DNA of 32,000 nucleotides from Candidatus Scatovicinus merdipullorum (GCA_018712865.1 DVGH01000041.1:21516-53515), one strand, 5' to 3'; shown: positions 1-9,336, numbered from the stretch's first letter. Notes: a model not told the origin generated them from the letters alone. A program made the numbers and translations.

Positions 1-1
1 T

Positions 2-514
2 GCAGCAATCGGAGCTGTGTGGGGACTTGTGGATAAAGAAACCATACAGGAGGTAGCGCGTACTTTTCAAGGGGTTGAGCACCGTGCGGAATTTGTCCGT
101 GAAGTCAACGGCGTGCGCTATTATAACGACTCGATCGCGTCGAGTCCAACCAGAACGATTTCCGGGACACTTTCCCTGTATGATCAAAAAATTATTTTGA
201 TTGCAGGCGGTTATGACAAAAACATCCCCTATGCGCCGCTGGGGCCGGTTATCGTACAAAAGGTAAAGCTTTTGATTCTTCTGGGGGCAACGGCTGATAA
301 AATTGAAGCGGCGGTCCGGCAGGCGCAGGGATATTCTGCCGGGAACCCTGTGATCCTGCGGGTGAATACCATGGAAGAGGCTGTCCAAGCTGCGCATGCG
401 CATGCGCAAAGCGGTGATATTGTATCCATGTCTCCGGCCAGCGCCAGCTTTGACCTTTATAAAAATTTTGATCAAAGAGGTAAGCATTTTAAGAAGCTGG
501 TCAACAGCCTATAA
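2..514 (+). CDS. murD: UDP-N-acetylmuramoyl-L-alanine--D-glutamate ligase, C-terminal part (5' end outside window)
   Basis: The frame of ORF 17..514 is open back to the window edge. Mur-ligase C-terminal domain strings are present: GVEHRAEFV, YYNDSIASSPTRT, LIAGGYDK, SPASASFD. Confidence 0.85.
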   Translation, partial: AAIGAVWGLVDKETIQEVARTFQGVEHRAEFVREVNGVRYYNDSIASSPTRTISGTLSLYDQKIILIAGGYDKNIPYAPLGPVIVQKVKLLILLGATADKIEAAVRQAQGYSAGNPVILRVNTMEEAVQAAHAHAQSGDIVSMSPASASFDLYKNFDQRGKHFKKLVNSL

Positions 515-537
515 TACAATTGCAAAGGATGAATAAC

Positions 538-1554
538 ATGATAGAAACATTGCGGCAGCTTTGCAGCGCACGCGGCGTTTCCGGCAGCGAGGATGCCGCA
601 GCGGCAGTGGCAGGGAAGTTGCTAAGCGATTATGCACAGGTGTCTGTAGATAAAAATGGAAATGTCATCGGCATACTGGGGGATACAAATGCAGATTTTA
701 CCATTATGCTGGATGCACATCTGGACCAGATTGGTTTGATTGTTACAGATATAAACGCAGATGGCTTTATAAAAGCAGAACCCTGCGGCGGGATAGACCG
801 AAGGGTATTGCAGGGAACCATGTGTGCAGCTCTGGGAAAACAGGAAGTCCCCTGCGTGGTGTGCTGCCTGCCTCCGCATTTATCAGACGGCGGGGAAGAC
901 ACGGCGGTGGCAGCAAAGGATTTATGGCTTGATACAGCCTTGCCGCCAGATATGGTAAAGCAGTTGGTTTGCCCGGGTGACCGCATTGTATTTAACTGTG
1001 TGCTGAAAGAAATGCTTGGCACACGCGTGACCGGGCCGGCGCTGGATAACCGTGCCGGCGTCGCCTGCCTTTTGTACTGTGCAAAGCAGCTGTCACAGGA
1101 AACGCCTAAATGCAAGGTCGTAATCCTTTTCAGCACACAGGAGGAAACCAGCGCCAGCGGAGCAAAAACAGCTTCTTTTCTACAGACTCCCGATGAGGCA
1201 ATTGTTGTTGATGTAAGCTTTGCGCGCCAAAGCGGCGTGCAGCCAGGGAAAAGCGGTGTTATGGGAAAAGGTAGTATGATTGCGGTAGCGCCGACGATTT
1301 CAAAAAAAATGTCCGACCGCTTGATTGCTGTGGCAAAAAATAACAGAATTCCATATCAGCTTGAGGTGATGGGCTCGGCCACCGGAACCAATGCAGACGC
1401 GGTTTCCATAACGAAAGGCGGGATTCCAACGGCTTTGCTTTCCATTCCTTTGAAAAATATGCACACACAGAGTGAAATTGTGGACTTATGCGACATAAAA
1501 GCGACGGCTGATATAATAACGGCATATATTTTGGAAAGGGGCAGAATGATTTGA
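538..1554 (+). CDS. M42 family metallo-aminopeptidase (FrvX/YsdC/TET-like), paralogue 1
   Basis: ORF 520..1554. Metal and catalytic motifs are in the expected order: DAHLDQIG, ALDNRAG, TQEET, VVDVS, NMHT. ATG 538 lies 8 nt after AAAGGA (524-529). TTG 520 and ATG 529 are alternative starts. Confidence 0.85.
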   Translation: MIETLRQLCSARGVSGSEDAAAAVAGKLLSDYAQVSVDKNGNVIGILGDTNADFTIMLDAHLDQIGLIVTDINADGFIKAEPCGGIDRRVLQGTMCAALGKQEVPCVVCCLPPHLSDGGEDTAVAAKDLWLDTALPPDMVKQLVCPGDRIVFNCVLKEMLGTRVTGPALDNRAGVACLLYCAKQLSQETPKCKVVILFSTQEETSASGAKTASFLQTPDEAIVVDVSFARQSGVQPGKSGVMGKGSMIAVAPTISKKMSDRLIAVAKNNRIPYQLEVMGSATGTNADAVSITKGGIPTALLSIPLKNMHTQSEIVDLCDIKATADIITAYILERGRMI

Positions 1555-2585
1555 TGGATTTAAAGCTTTTGGAGGAACTCTGCCTTGCAAACGGTGTGTC
1601 CGGTGATGAAGAGCAGGTTCGAAAGATCCTTTTTTCTGCCGTTGCGCCGTATGCGGATCATATACAGACGGATGCTATGGGAAATCTGCTTGTCTTTAAA
1701 AAGGGAAAGCGCTCCCCAAAAAGGAAGCTGATGCTTAGCGCGCATATGGACGAGGTTGGTTTTATTGTTATAGATATTACAAGCGACGGGATGCTGAAGG
1801 TGGAGCAGGTAGGCGGCATGGACCGACGTGTAATTTGCGGTAAGGCTGTTACTGTTGGGGCAAGCGGGGTCAAGGGTGTATTTGGGATCAAGCCTGTGCA
1901 CCTTTCCAGCCATGAGGAAAAAGAGAAAATCCCATCTATGGAAAAAATGTATGTGGACATTGGCGCCGAAAGCAAGGAGCAGGCGTTGCGTTTTGTAAAT
2001 GTTGGGGACTATGCTGTGTTTGACACACCGTTTTTATGCAGGGAAGGTCGTGTTTTTGCAAAAGCACTCGACGACAGAGCGGGTTGCCTTGTGCTGATAG
2101 AAATGCTGAAACAGCAGTTGGCATATGATATGCATTTTTCGTTTTTAGTGCAGGAGGAGGTTGGCCTGCGGGGAGCCGCTGCGGCTGCGTATACGGTCGA
2201 GCCGTATGCAAGTATCGTGGTAGAGTCGACAACTGCGGCGGATACTGCCGGCGTGGATCCTTCCAGACAGGTTTGCCGTTTGGGCGAAGGTGCAGTGGTT
2301 TCTTTTATGGACAAGCGGACCATTTATGATAAAGACTATTATAAGCTTGCGCTGCGTTGCGGCCAGCATGCAGGCGTAAAGGTTCAGCTCAAGCAGGCTG
2401 TAGCGGGCGGAAACGATGCGGGTGTGATCCATTGCTCCAGAGGCGGCGTACGTACGGTTGCCGTGTCGCTTCCATGCAGGTATATCCACAGCGGCACATC
2501 CATCATTACCGAAGAGGATCTGGAGGCTGTCTATCAGACGGTATTTTTAACAGCGGAAAAAATTGCCGGGGATGAGGTTGTATGA
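1551..2585 (+). CDS. M42 family metallo-aminopeptidase, paralogue 2
   Basis: ORF 1551..2585 has the same motif set (SAHMDEVG, ALDDRAG, VQEEVG, YIHS). It overlaps the upstream stop with ATGA. Confidence 0.88.
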   Translation: MMDLKLLEELCLANGVSGDEEQVRKILFSAVAPYADHIQTDAMGNLLVFKKGKRSPKRKLMLSAHMDEVGFIVIDITSDGMLKVEQVGGMDRRVICGKAVTVGASGVKGVFGIKPVHLSSHEEKEKIPSMEKMYVDIGAESKEQALRFVNVGDYAVFDTPFLCREGRVFAKALDDRAGCLVLIEMLKQQLAYDMHFSFLVQEEVGLRGAAAAAYTVEPYASIVVESTTAADTAGVDPSRQVCRLGEGAVVSFMDKRTIYDKDYYKLALRCGQHAGVKVQLKQAVAGGNDAGVIHCSRGGVRTVAVSLPCRYIHSGTSIITEEDLEAVYQTVFLTAEKIAGDEVV

Positions 2586-3367
2586 TCTTTCTGGGGGACA
2601 ACACCTACGAAAAAGCGATCCTGCAAAGGGTTTTACAAACCCCAAACCCTTATAATGTCCGGATCTATTCCTTATTTCATGCCTATAAGCATACAGCCCT
2701 TTGCCAGTTCTGGGTACAGCGCACGGGGGAAAGGTCCGTTTCTTTTCTTGCAAAAAATGGTGCCTCCCTTATTTTGGATGCCGATCCCTGTGCAGATATG
2801 GAAGAGCTGTCTGCTTTTATAGCGCTTACGGGGGCTGTAAGCCTGTTGTGCGATGCCGCGCTTCCTCTACAGATCCCGGGCTTTTCCGCGCGCATCTGTC
2901 CGGTTATGCGCCTTAAAAAGATGCAATCGCTTGATACTCTGTCCGGGTGTGTTTATACGCAACCCCGACTGCAGGATATTTATGCCCTTTTGCATCAATG
3001 TGAAGGCGAAGGCTTTATACTACCGGCGTTTGAGGGTTTTTATCTGGAACTGTCACACAGAATACGGCATGAATCTGCACTGTGTGTGGGTATTATGCGC
3101 AATGGAAGGCTTTGCGCCTGTGCGCTGGCAGTGTTTTATTGCCCGCACGGAGCGGTAATAGGTTGTGTAGCAACACATCCGCAATACAGAGGAAATGGCT
3201 TGGGAAAACAGGCCGTTACAGCTTTGACAGGGCAACTGCAAAAGGCGCAGGTGGAGCGGATCTTTTTGCACGCGGCACATCGCAACACGGTCGCTTTTTA
3301 TGAAAAAACGGGCTTTGCCGTATGCGGCAGCGCATTGGAATTACATAGGGAAAATGGAGTGGTATAG
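2582..3367 (+). CDS. GNAT family N-acetyltransferase with an uncharacterised N-terminal half
   Basis: The C-terminal part carries the acetyl-CoA motif YRGNGLGKQAV followed by FYEKTGF. The start overlaps the M42 stop (ATGA at 2582-2585). Confidence 0.7.
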   Translation: MIFLGDNTYEKAILQRVLQTPNPYNVRIYSLFHAYKHTALCQFWVQRTGERSVSFLAKNGASLILDADPCADMEELSAFIALTGAVSLLCDAALPLQIPGFSARICPVMRLKKMQSLDTLSGCVYTQPRLQDIYALLHQCEGEGFILPAFEGFYLELSHRIRHESALCVGIMRNGRLCACALAVFYCPHGAVIGCVATHPQYRGNGLGKQAVTALTGQLQKAQVERIFLHAAHRNTVAFYEKTGFAVCGSALELHRENGVV

Positions 3368-3368
3368 T

Positions 3369-4649
3369 ATGAAAAACAGTTTATTTCAGATAGATGATAA
3401 AATTCTGCAAATGTCAGAGCAGGCCATGAAATTGTGTGCCAGACAGATGCAAAGGATAGAGGAGATTCAGGAATACAACCAGCAAAAGATGCTGTATGCC
3501 TTTCAGCAGGCCGGTGTAAGCGAAAGCCATTTTGCAGCAAGTACGGGCTACGGCTATGGGGATAGAGGGCGTGATGCACTGGACCAGGTCTTTGCAACAG
3601 TTTTTGATGCACAGGATGCGCTGGTGCGGCATAATTTTGTCAGCGGAACACATGCGTTGACCGTAGCACTGTTTGGCCTTTTGCGCCCGGGCGATACCAT
3701 GCTGTGTGTGACTGGAAGGCCGTACGATACGCTGCTTGGCGTAATAGGAATAGACGAAAAGCAGGGAACACGCAATAAAGGGTCATTGCAGGACTTTGGC
3801 ATCTGTTACCGGGAAATACCTCTGGATAAAAATGGGCATGTCAATTTGCAGGCAATGAAAGAGGCTTTGGACAGTCATACGAAAATGGTTTACATACAAC
3901 GGTCACGGGGGTATGATCTGCGTCCGTCTCTTTTAACAGAAGAAATCGCACAGATCGCCCATGCGGCAAAAACAGTTGTACCGGGTTGTATTGTTATGCT
4001 GGACAATTGTTACGGTGAATTTGTTGAAACAGAGCAGCCGCTTGCAAACGGCGTTGATATTATGGCAGGTTCATTGATTAAGAATCCCGGAGGCTCAATC
4101 GCACCTACAGGCGGATATATTGCCGGGAAAAAGGATTTGGTCGAAATGTGCGCCTGCCGTCTTACGACGCCTTCTACCGGAAGGGAAATCGGCGCGACCC
4201 TTGGCAACAACCGCGAACTGTTCATGGGCGCGTTTCATGCGCCGCATGTTACGGGGGAGGCTGTGAAAACGGCCGTTTTCGCAGCGGCGCTTTTTGAACT
4301 GCTTGGCTTTGCGGTATCGCCGCGCTATGATGAAAAACGGGGGGATATTATCCAAACTCTTTTGCTGGAAAACAGCGGGGCGCTGGTAGCTTTCTGTAAA
4401 GGCATTCAGCGCGGCGCGCCTGTGGATTCTTTTGTGATACCGGAGCCGTGGGACATGCCGGGGTATGACAGCAAAGTGATCATGGCGGCAGGCGCGTTTA
4501 CCCTTGGCGCTTCCATTGAGCTTTCTGCAGATGCGCCCTTGCGCCCTCCCTATGCCGCCTGGCTGCAGGGAGGGATCAATTTCCACAGTGGAAGGCTGGG
4601 AGTTATGCTGGCGGCGCAGTCCATGCTGGAAGAAGGGTTTATAAAATAG
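3369..4649 (+). CDS. PLP-dependent YnbB / aluminium-resistance family protein (Met_gamma_lyase-like fold)
   Basis: ORF 3300..4649 contains the family string AGSLIKNPGGSIAPTGGYIAG (PLP lysine). ATG 3369 is 1 nt after the GNAT stop and is preceded by GGAG. The 3300 start would overlap the GNAT gene by 68 nt. Confidence 0.8.
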   Translation: MKNSLFQIDDKILQMSEQAMKLCARQMQRIEEIQEYNQQKMLYAFQQAGVSESHFAASTGYGYGDRGRDALDQVFATVFDAQDALVRHNFVSGTHALTVALFGLLRPGDTMLCVTGRPYDTLLGVIGIDEKQGTRNKGSLQDFGICYREIPLDKNGHVNLQAMKEALDSHTKMVYIQRSRGYDLRPSLLTEEIAQIAHAAKTVVPGCIVMLDNCYGEFVETEQPLANGVDIMAGSLIKNPGGSIAPTGGYIAGKKDLVEMCACRLTTPSTGREIGATLGNNRELFMGAFHAPHVTGEAVKTAVFAAALFELLGFAVSPRYDEKRGDIIQTLLLENSGALVAFCKGIQRGAPVDSFVIPEPWDMPGYDSKVIMAAGAFTLGASIELSADAPLRPPYAAWLQGGINFHSGRLGVMLAAQSMLEEGFIK

Positions 4650-4723
4650 CGAATTGTTTTATATGGTGGCTACAGGCAGCGGCTTTTAATAAGCTTATAA
4701 AAAGCTATGTTTCTGTTTTCTAC

Positions 4724-4759
4724 AAAAAAGGTGAAAGCAAATATTGCTTTCACCTTTTT
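4724..4759. terminator. Bidirectional rho-independent terminator between convergent genes
   Basis: Stem of 11 bp, GGTGAAAGCAA (4730-4740) with TTGCTTTCACC (4745-4754), and a 4-nt loop. It is flanked by A6 (4724-4729) and T5 (4755-4759). Confidence 0.85.
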
Positions 4760-4763
4760 GCTT

Positions 4764-5270
4764 TCAAATCCAACCCGGTGGATTATCAGACTCTTTTTTT
4801 TGGCGCAATTCTTTAAAAAAGTTACGCAAAACAGCGCTACACTCTGTCTGTAATACTCCGCCGGTCAACTTTGGCTTATGATTGTACGGCAGATCAAACA
4901 AGTTAACAACAGAACCGCAGGATCCGGCTTTTTTATCATACGCACCAAATACCACGCGTTCTAAGCGGGCGTTGATAATAGCGCCTGCACACATAGGACA
5001 TGGCTCAAGCGTTATATAAATCGTACATTGCCACAGCCGCCAGCCGCCAAGTATCCGGCATGCCTGCGCAATCGCCTCAAGCTCTGCATGGCACAGCGCG
5101 TTTTTTACCTGTTCGCGACGGTTATACCCACGCGAGAGGATCTGCCCGTCCTTTACGATTACAGCACCTACCGGCACTTCGCCATTTTCGGCAGAATGTT
5201 CGGCGCAACGCAAAGCTTCGCGCATAAATAAGATATCTTCTTGCTGTGGTTGTGTTACATAAGCATCCAA
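4764..5270 (-). CDS. tadA: tRNA adenosine(34) deaminase
   Basis: CDA zinc motifs HAELEAI and PCPMCAGA are present, with GEVPVGAVIV near the N-terminus. TTG 5270 is preceded by AGAGGT. ATG 5225 is an alternative start, but the equivalent Met is internal in E. coli TadA. Confidence 0.92.
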   Translation of the reverse strand: MDAYVTQPQQEDILFMREALRCAEHSAENGEVPVGAVIVKDGQILSRGYNRREQVKNALCHAELEAIAQACRILGGWRLWQCTIYITLEPCPMCAGAIINARLERVVFGAYDKKAGSCGSVVNLFDLPYNHKPKLTGGVLQTECSAVLRNFFKELRQKKESDNPPGWI

Positions 5271-6298
5271 AACGATATTACCTCTAATAAAATCAATATA
5301 CTTAAAACAATCATACCGGGGGAAAGGAAAAAGCAGCGTATCTTTTCACGGAAAGTCAAAATATGATTCGGCTTCTTAAAAGTAAGCAAAGTATGGTCTT
5401 TTTTTGCGACCAGTGCAATCCCAAGAATACCCAACAGAAAAAACAGACCCATAAAACCTGCGTAATAGATTTCTGCAACGGTTTGTCCAAACTGCGAATT
5501 TATAATATCGCCCAGCACGGAAAACAAATTATTCATAAAATGCAGCAACATTGCCGGGATTATGGATCCGCTGTATACAGTGATGTAAGCGAAAACCAGG
5601 CCTCCAATGAATGCAAACGGGATCTGAATCAGATTACCGTGTATCAGTCCGAAAATAATCGAGGATGTTAAAACAGCAAAGCCGTCGCCATAGCTTCGTA
5701 AAGCGCCCAATAAAACACCACGGTATAGAAATTCCTCCACAAAAGCCGGCGTGACGGCAACCGCCAGAATATAAAGGATATTGGTGGCCCATTGGCCATC
5801 GAGTTTTACAGTGGATACCGCATCTAAGTTATAATGGATACCGATCATCGAAAGATTTTGCAGCATGCAGTCAACCATATAATTTGCAAACATTGCCACG
5901 GCAAGCCCCGCGGGCAAAAGCGCAGCAATACGCTTTATGCTGACAGTTTGCTGGAATGAAAAAAGATCGTCAAAACGCCGGCCGACCATGGCACGCAGAA
6001 TCAAAGCAGTTGTAAACATTCCCACAACCGACACAATTCCCGAAAGTGTATAGTACACATCTGGCGGGAAAGTAGAAGCTATGTCCATCTGGCCATAATT
6101 GATGGCACCGAAAATTACTGTAATGAAAATAAGAAAGGTCGTTATCAGGTTAAAAATAACAAGAAGAATGCATTGCGAAATTCCCGTTTTATTTGCAAGC
6201 GAGCGAAGCCTTCTTTTTTCGGTATCTTTTTTATAATCTTTATGATAGAAATAAAGCCAATCTGCGCCTTGTGTAAAGCCCTGCGGCGTCCACTGCAT
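5255..6298 (-). CDS. CPBP (CAAX/Abi) family intramembrane glutamic endopeptidase
   Basis: The protein is multi-TM with motifs EEFLYRG, FGLIHG and HFMNN. I prefer ATG 6298 over the ORF-track TTG 6391 because a near-consensus promoter (6353-6381) lies between the two. Confidence 0.8.
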   Translation of the reverse strand: MQWTPQGFTQGADWLYFYHKDYKKDTEKRRLRSLANKTGISQCILLVIFNLITTFLIFITVIFGAINYGQMDIASTFPPDVYYTLSGIVSVVGMFTTALILRAMVGRRFDDLFSFQQTVSIKRIAALLPAGLAVAMFANYMVDCMLQNLSMIGIHYNLDAVSTVKLDGQWATNILYILAVAVTPAFVEEFLYRGVLLGALRSYGDGFAVLTSSIIFGLIHGNLIQIPFAFIGGLVFAYITVYSGSIIPAMLLHFMNNLFSVLGDIINSQFGQTVAEIYYAGFMGLFFLLGILGIALVAKKDHTLLTFKKPNHILTFREKIRCFFLSPGMIVLSILILLEVISFWMLM

Positions 6299-6352
6299 AG
6301 AATCACATCCAACGTTTTTATTCAAATTTTTAATTTGATTATTTGCTTTGTT

Positions 6353-6381
6353 ATTATAGCATTCCTTTTTTTTGATTACAA
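6353..6381 (-). promoter_or_regulatory. sigma-A type promoter for the CPBP-tadA operon
   Basis: The minus strand reads TTGTAA (6381-6376), a 17-nt spacer ending in TGC, then TATAAT (6358-6353). Confidence 0.55.
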
Positions 6382-6462
6382 TAAAAACCAATAATTTATA
6401 AAAACAAAGAGAACTTCTTCGCGAAAAAAGTTTTTAAAGTTGTATAAATACACGGCTTTTGC

Positions 6463-6490
6463 TTGATTATATACAAAAATATGCTATAAT
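6463..6490 (+). promoter_or_regulatory. sigma-A type promoter upstream of nusB
   Basis: TTGATT (6463-6468), a 16-nt spacer, then TGC-TATAAT (extended -10, 6482-6490), 35 nt before the nusB ATG. Confidence 0.5.
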
Positions 6491-6524
6491 TATTAGATAA
6501 ACAAAAGGTTGGGATGGATAAAAA

Positions 6525-6983
6525 ATGGAAACATCTTTTTCGCGCATACAGGCAAGAGAGCAGGCGTTTATACTGGCGTTTGAAAAAAATTTTACAAACG
6601 ATTCGGTAGACGAAATTTTAGAAGCCGCACGCCTGTCTGACGACCGGCGGCCCGATGACTTTGCCGTTACGCTGGTCAGGGCGATGGAAGGAAAATTGCC
6701 CGAAATTGATTGTGAGATCCAAAAAAACATCAAAGGCTGGAAGATGGGCAGATTATCAAAAGTAAGCCTTGCATTGCTGCGGCTGTCTGTATTTCAAATT
6801 TTATTTGTACAAGAAAACAGTGATGCAGAAAATCCTGTAAGCGTGGTGATCAACGACGCCGTGCGTCTTGCAAAAAAGTATTCCACCCCGGAGGACGCGG
6901 CTTTTATAAACGGCGTGCTGGGAACAGTGGCCAAGCATGCAAAATGTACGCAATTGCCAGATGCAAGGGATAAAGAGCAATGA
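6525..6983 (+). CDS. nusB: Transcription antitermination factor NusB
   Basis: 152 aa of NusB-like sequence (AREQAFILAFE, VINDAVRLAKKYS, FINGVLG). It sits at the head of the conserved xseA-dxs-recN block. Confidence 0.88.
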   Translation: METSFSRIQAREQAFILAFEKNFTNDSVDEILEAARLSDDRRPDDFAVTLVRAMEGKLPEIDCEIQKNIKGWKMGRLSKVSLALLRLSVFQILFVQENSDAENPVSVVINDAVRLAKKYSTPEDAAFINGVLGTVAKHAKCTQLPDARDKEQ

Positions 6984-7915
6984 AAACGGTGCTTGGATTG
7001 GATACCAGCAATTATACAACGTCTGCAGCCGTTTTAAAAAACGCGACGATCTACCAGTCAAAGCTGCTTCTGCCCGTTAAAAAAGGGGAAAAGGGCTTGC
7101 GCCAGAGCGAAGCTGTTTTTCACCATATTAATCAACTGCCGCAGGTGATAAAGACGCTGCAGGCGCATTTTACACAGACGCCGCCCGGTTTGCTTGGCGC
7201 TTCTGATGCTCCCAGAAGGGAAGCAGGCTCCTATATGCCGTGCTTTACTGTCGGGCTTAGTGCCGCCCGGGTGTTATCAGACGTTTTAAAAGTACCCTTG
7301 TATACCTTTTCTCATCAACAAGGGCATATTGCGGCAGCGCTGTATAGCGCCGAAAAGCTGGAGCTGTTGGAACAGCCTTTTTTAGCATTCCATGTTTCAG
7401 GCGGTACGACGGAAGCGCTGCTGGTAAAGCCGGATCGTGAGGAGATCTGTAAAACGCAGGTTGTTGCGGGCACGCTGGATTTGAACGCAGGTCAGGCGAT
7501 CGACAGAACGGGCGTTATGCTTGGGCTTTCTTTTCCATGCGGGAAAGATCTGGAGCAACTGGCGTTGGGCTGTGATGAGGAAATAAAGGTCAGGCCGGTC
7601 TTAAAAGGTACAAATTGTTGCCTGTCCGGATTGGAAAATATCTGTGCAAACCTGAAAAGGAAAGGCGCGCCGGATGCGTATGTTGCAAAATACTGCCTGA
7701 AATATGTTGAACAAACGCTTGTTCTTATGTGTGAAAAGCTGCTTATGCAATATGCTAAGTTGCCTGTTTTGTTTGCAGGGGGCGTTATGTCAAACGCGAT
7801 GATACAAAAGATTTTGGCAAAACGCTTTTCCGCTTTTTTTGCGGCTCCGGAATTTTCCTGCGATAACGCCGCAGGGATTGCGGTTTTGGCGAATTTAAAA
7901 GAAAATGGATTTTAA
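6980..7915 (+). CDS. Kae1/TsaD (peptidase M22 / glycoprotease) family protein, divergent paralogue
   Basis: It is colinear with remembered E. coli TsaD: VLGLDTS, SHQQGH (HxxxH metal site), HVSGGTTE, DLNAGQAIDRTGVMLGL, FAGGVMSN, PEFSCDNAAGIA. There is an ATGA overlap with nusB. Confidence 0.75.
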   Translation: MKTVLGLDTSNYTTSAAVLKNATIYQSKLLLPVKKGEKGLRQSEAVFHHINQLPQVIKTLQAHFTQTPPGLLGASDAPRREAGSYMPCFTVGLSAARVLSDVLKVPLYTFSHQQGHIAAALYSAEKLELLEQPFLAFHVSGGTTEALLVKPDREEICKTQVVAGTLDLNAGQAIDRTGVMLGLSFPCGKDLEQLALGCDEEIKVRPVLKGTNCCLSGLENICANLKRKGAPDAYVAKYCLKYVEQTLVLMCEKLLMQYAKLPVLFAGGVMSNAMIQKILAKRFSAFFAAPEFSCDNAAGIAVLANLKENGF

Positions 7916-7930
7916 GAGAAGGAAGAATTT

Positions 7931-9124
7931 ATGCAGGCTCCAATACTTTCTGTTTCACAGTTGAATTTTTATGTTCGTTCTCTTTTGGACGGGGACAGCA
8001 ACCTGGCCTCTCTTTTTGTTTCCGGGGAAATTTCCAATCTTTCTGATCAATACCGCTCAGGACATATTTATTTTACACTTAAGGATGAAAAAGCGGCGGT
8101 AAAATGTGTGGTTTTTGCAAGTTTTGCGTCACGTCTGAAGTTTATACCGCAAAATGGTATGAAGGTGATTGTCCGCGGTAAAGCGTCCTTATATGAAGCG
8201 GGAGGGCAATATCAGCTCTATATTGAAGATATGCAGCCGGATGGGGCCGGCGCACTTGCCGTTGCTTTTGCGCAATGTAAAGAGCGTCTGGAAAAAGAAG
8301 GCCTTTTTGACGCATCACATAAAAAAACGCTTCCAAAATTACCGCGCAAAATTGGGGTGATTACTTCTCCAACAGGTGCAGCGGTAAAAGATATACAAAA
8401 TATACTGAACAGGCGTTTTCCAATGGCTGAAATTTTACTTTGCCCCGTGCTTGTGCAGGGGGATATGGCAGCGGGACAGATCCGCAGGGCGTTGCGGTAT
8501 TTGGACCGTACGCATTTATGCGATGTGATCATTATTGCCCGGGGAGGCGGCAGCGCGGAAGATCTTTGGGCGTTCAACGACGAACTTCTTGCAAGGGAGA
8601 TTTATCGTACGCAGACGCCCGTTATTTCTGCGGTCGGGCATGAAACAGATTTTACAATTTGTGATTTTGTCGCAGACCTGCGCGCACCAACGCCCTCAGC
8701 CGCGGCGGAGCTGGCCGTACCGGACGCATCACAGCTTCAGATGGCGCTGCTCGATCAATTTATAGCTATGCGCAGGATGGCAGAGCAAAAGGTTTGGGAG
8801 GCAAAAAGCCGTTTGCACACACTTGCTGAAAAAGATGTGATGAGAAACCCTTTGGCTCCTATCCAAAACCGTTTTTTGGCGTTGGATCAAATAGCGTCTG
8901 GGCTACAGCGTAGCTTTGAACGCTTTTTTTCCTGTAAAGAGCAGCAATTGTCCAATCTATCCGTCAAGCTGGATATGCTTAGCCCATTGCGCATATTGTC
9001 TTGCGGTTATGCATTGGTCCAAAAAGGAAAAAAGCCGGTTAAAAGCGTAAAAACGCTGTCGAAGGGGGATGTCCTTACCTTGCGTTTTTACGACGGACAG
9101 GCAGAATGCGTAGTAAAGGAATGA
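7931..9124 (+). CDS. xseA: Exodeoxyribonuclease VII large subunit
   Basis: 397 aa with an N-terminal OB-fold region (VSGEISN, GHIYFTLKD), the catalytic core GVITSPTGAA and ARGGGS.EDLW, then a coiled-coil tail. Confidence 0.93.
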   Translation: MQAPILSVSQLNFYVRSLLDGDSNLASLFVSGEISNLSDQYRSGHIYFTLKDEKAAVKCVVFASFASRLKFIPQNGMKVIVRGKASLYEAGGQYQLYIEDMQPDGAGALAVAFAQCKERLEKEGLFDASHKKTLPKLPRKIGVITSPTGAAVKDIQNILNRRFPMAEILLCPVLVQGDMAAGQIRRALRYLDRTHLCDVIIIARGGGSAEDLWAFNDELLAREIYRTQTPVISAVGHETDFTICDFVADLRAPTPSAAAELAVPDASQLQMALLDQFIAMRRMAEQKVWEAKSRLHTLAEKDVMRNPLAPIQNRFLALDQIASGLQRSFERFFSCKEQQLSNLSVKLDMLSPLRILSCGYALVQKGKKPVKSVKTLSKGDVLTLRFYDGQAECVVKE

Positions 9125-9336
9125 GTGGGATGAAAGAATATAAAACGTATGAGGAAGCTGTTGAAAGACTGACCGAGATTGTAAGTTTTTTAGAAACCGG
9201 TGATCAGCCTTTGGAAGAGACACTGGCTTTATTTGAAGAAGGGACGCAGCTTACGGCTTTCTGCTATGGCAAGCTCAAGGATGCGGAACAGAAGATAAAA
9301 ATTTTAACCGTACCGGAGGAAAAGGAAAATGAATGA
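9121..9336 (+). CDS. xseB: Exodeoxyribonuclease VII small subunit
   Basis: Small helical protein (YEEAVERLTEIV..LE.G...LEE....FEEG). ATG 9121 overlaps the xseA TGA (ATGA). ATG 9130 is an alternative start. Confidence 0.88.
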   Translation: MSGMKEYKTYEEAVERLTEIVSFLETGDQPLEETLALFEEGTQLTAFCYGKLKDAEQKIKILTVPEEKENE

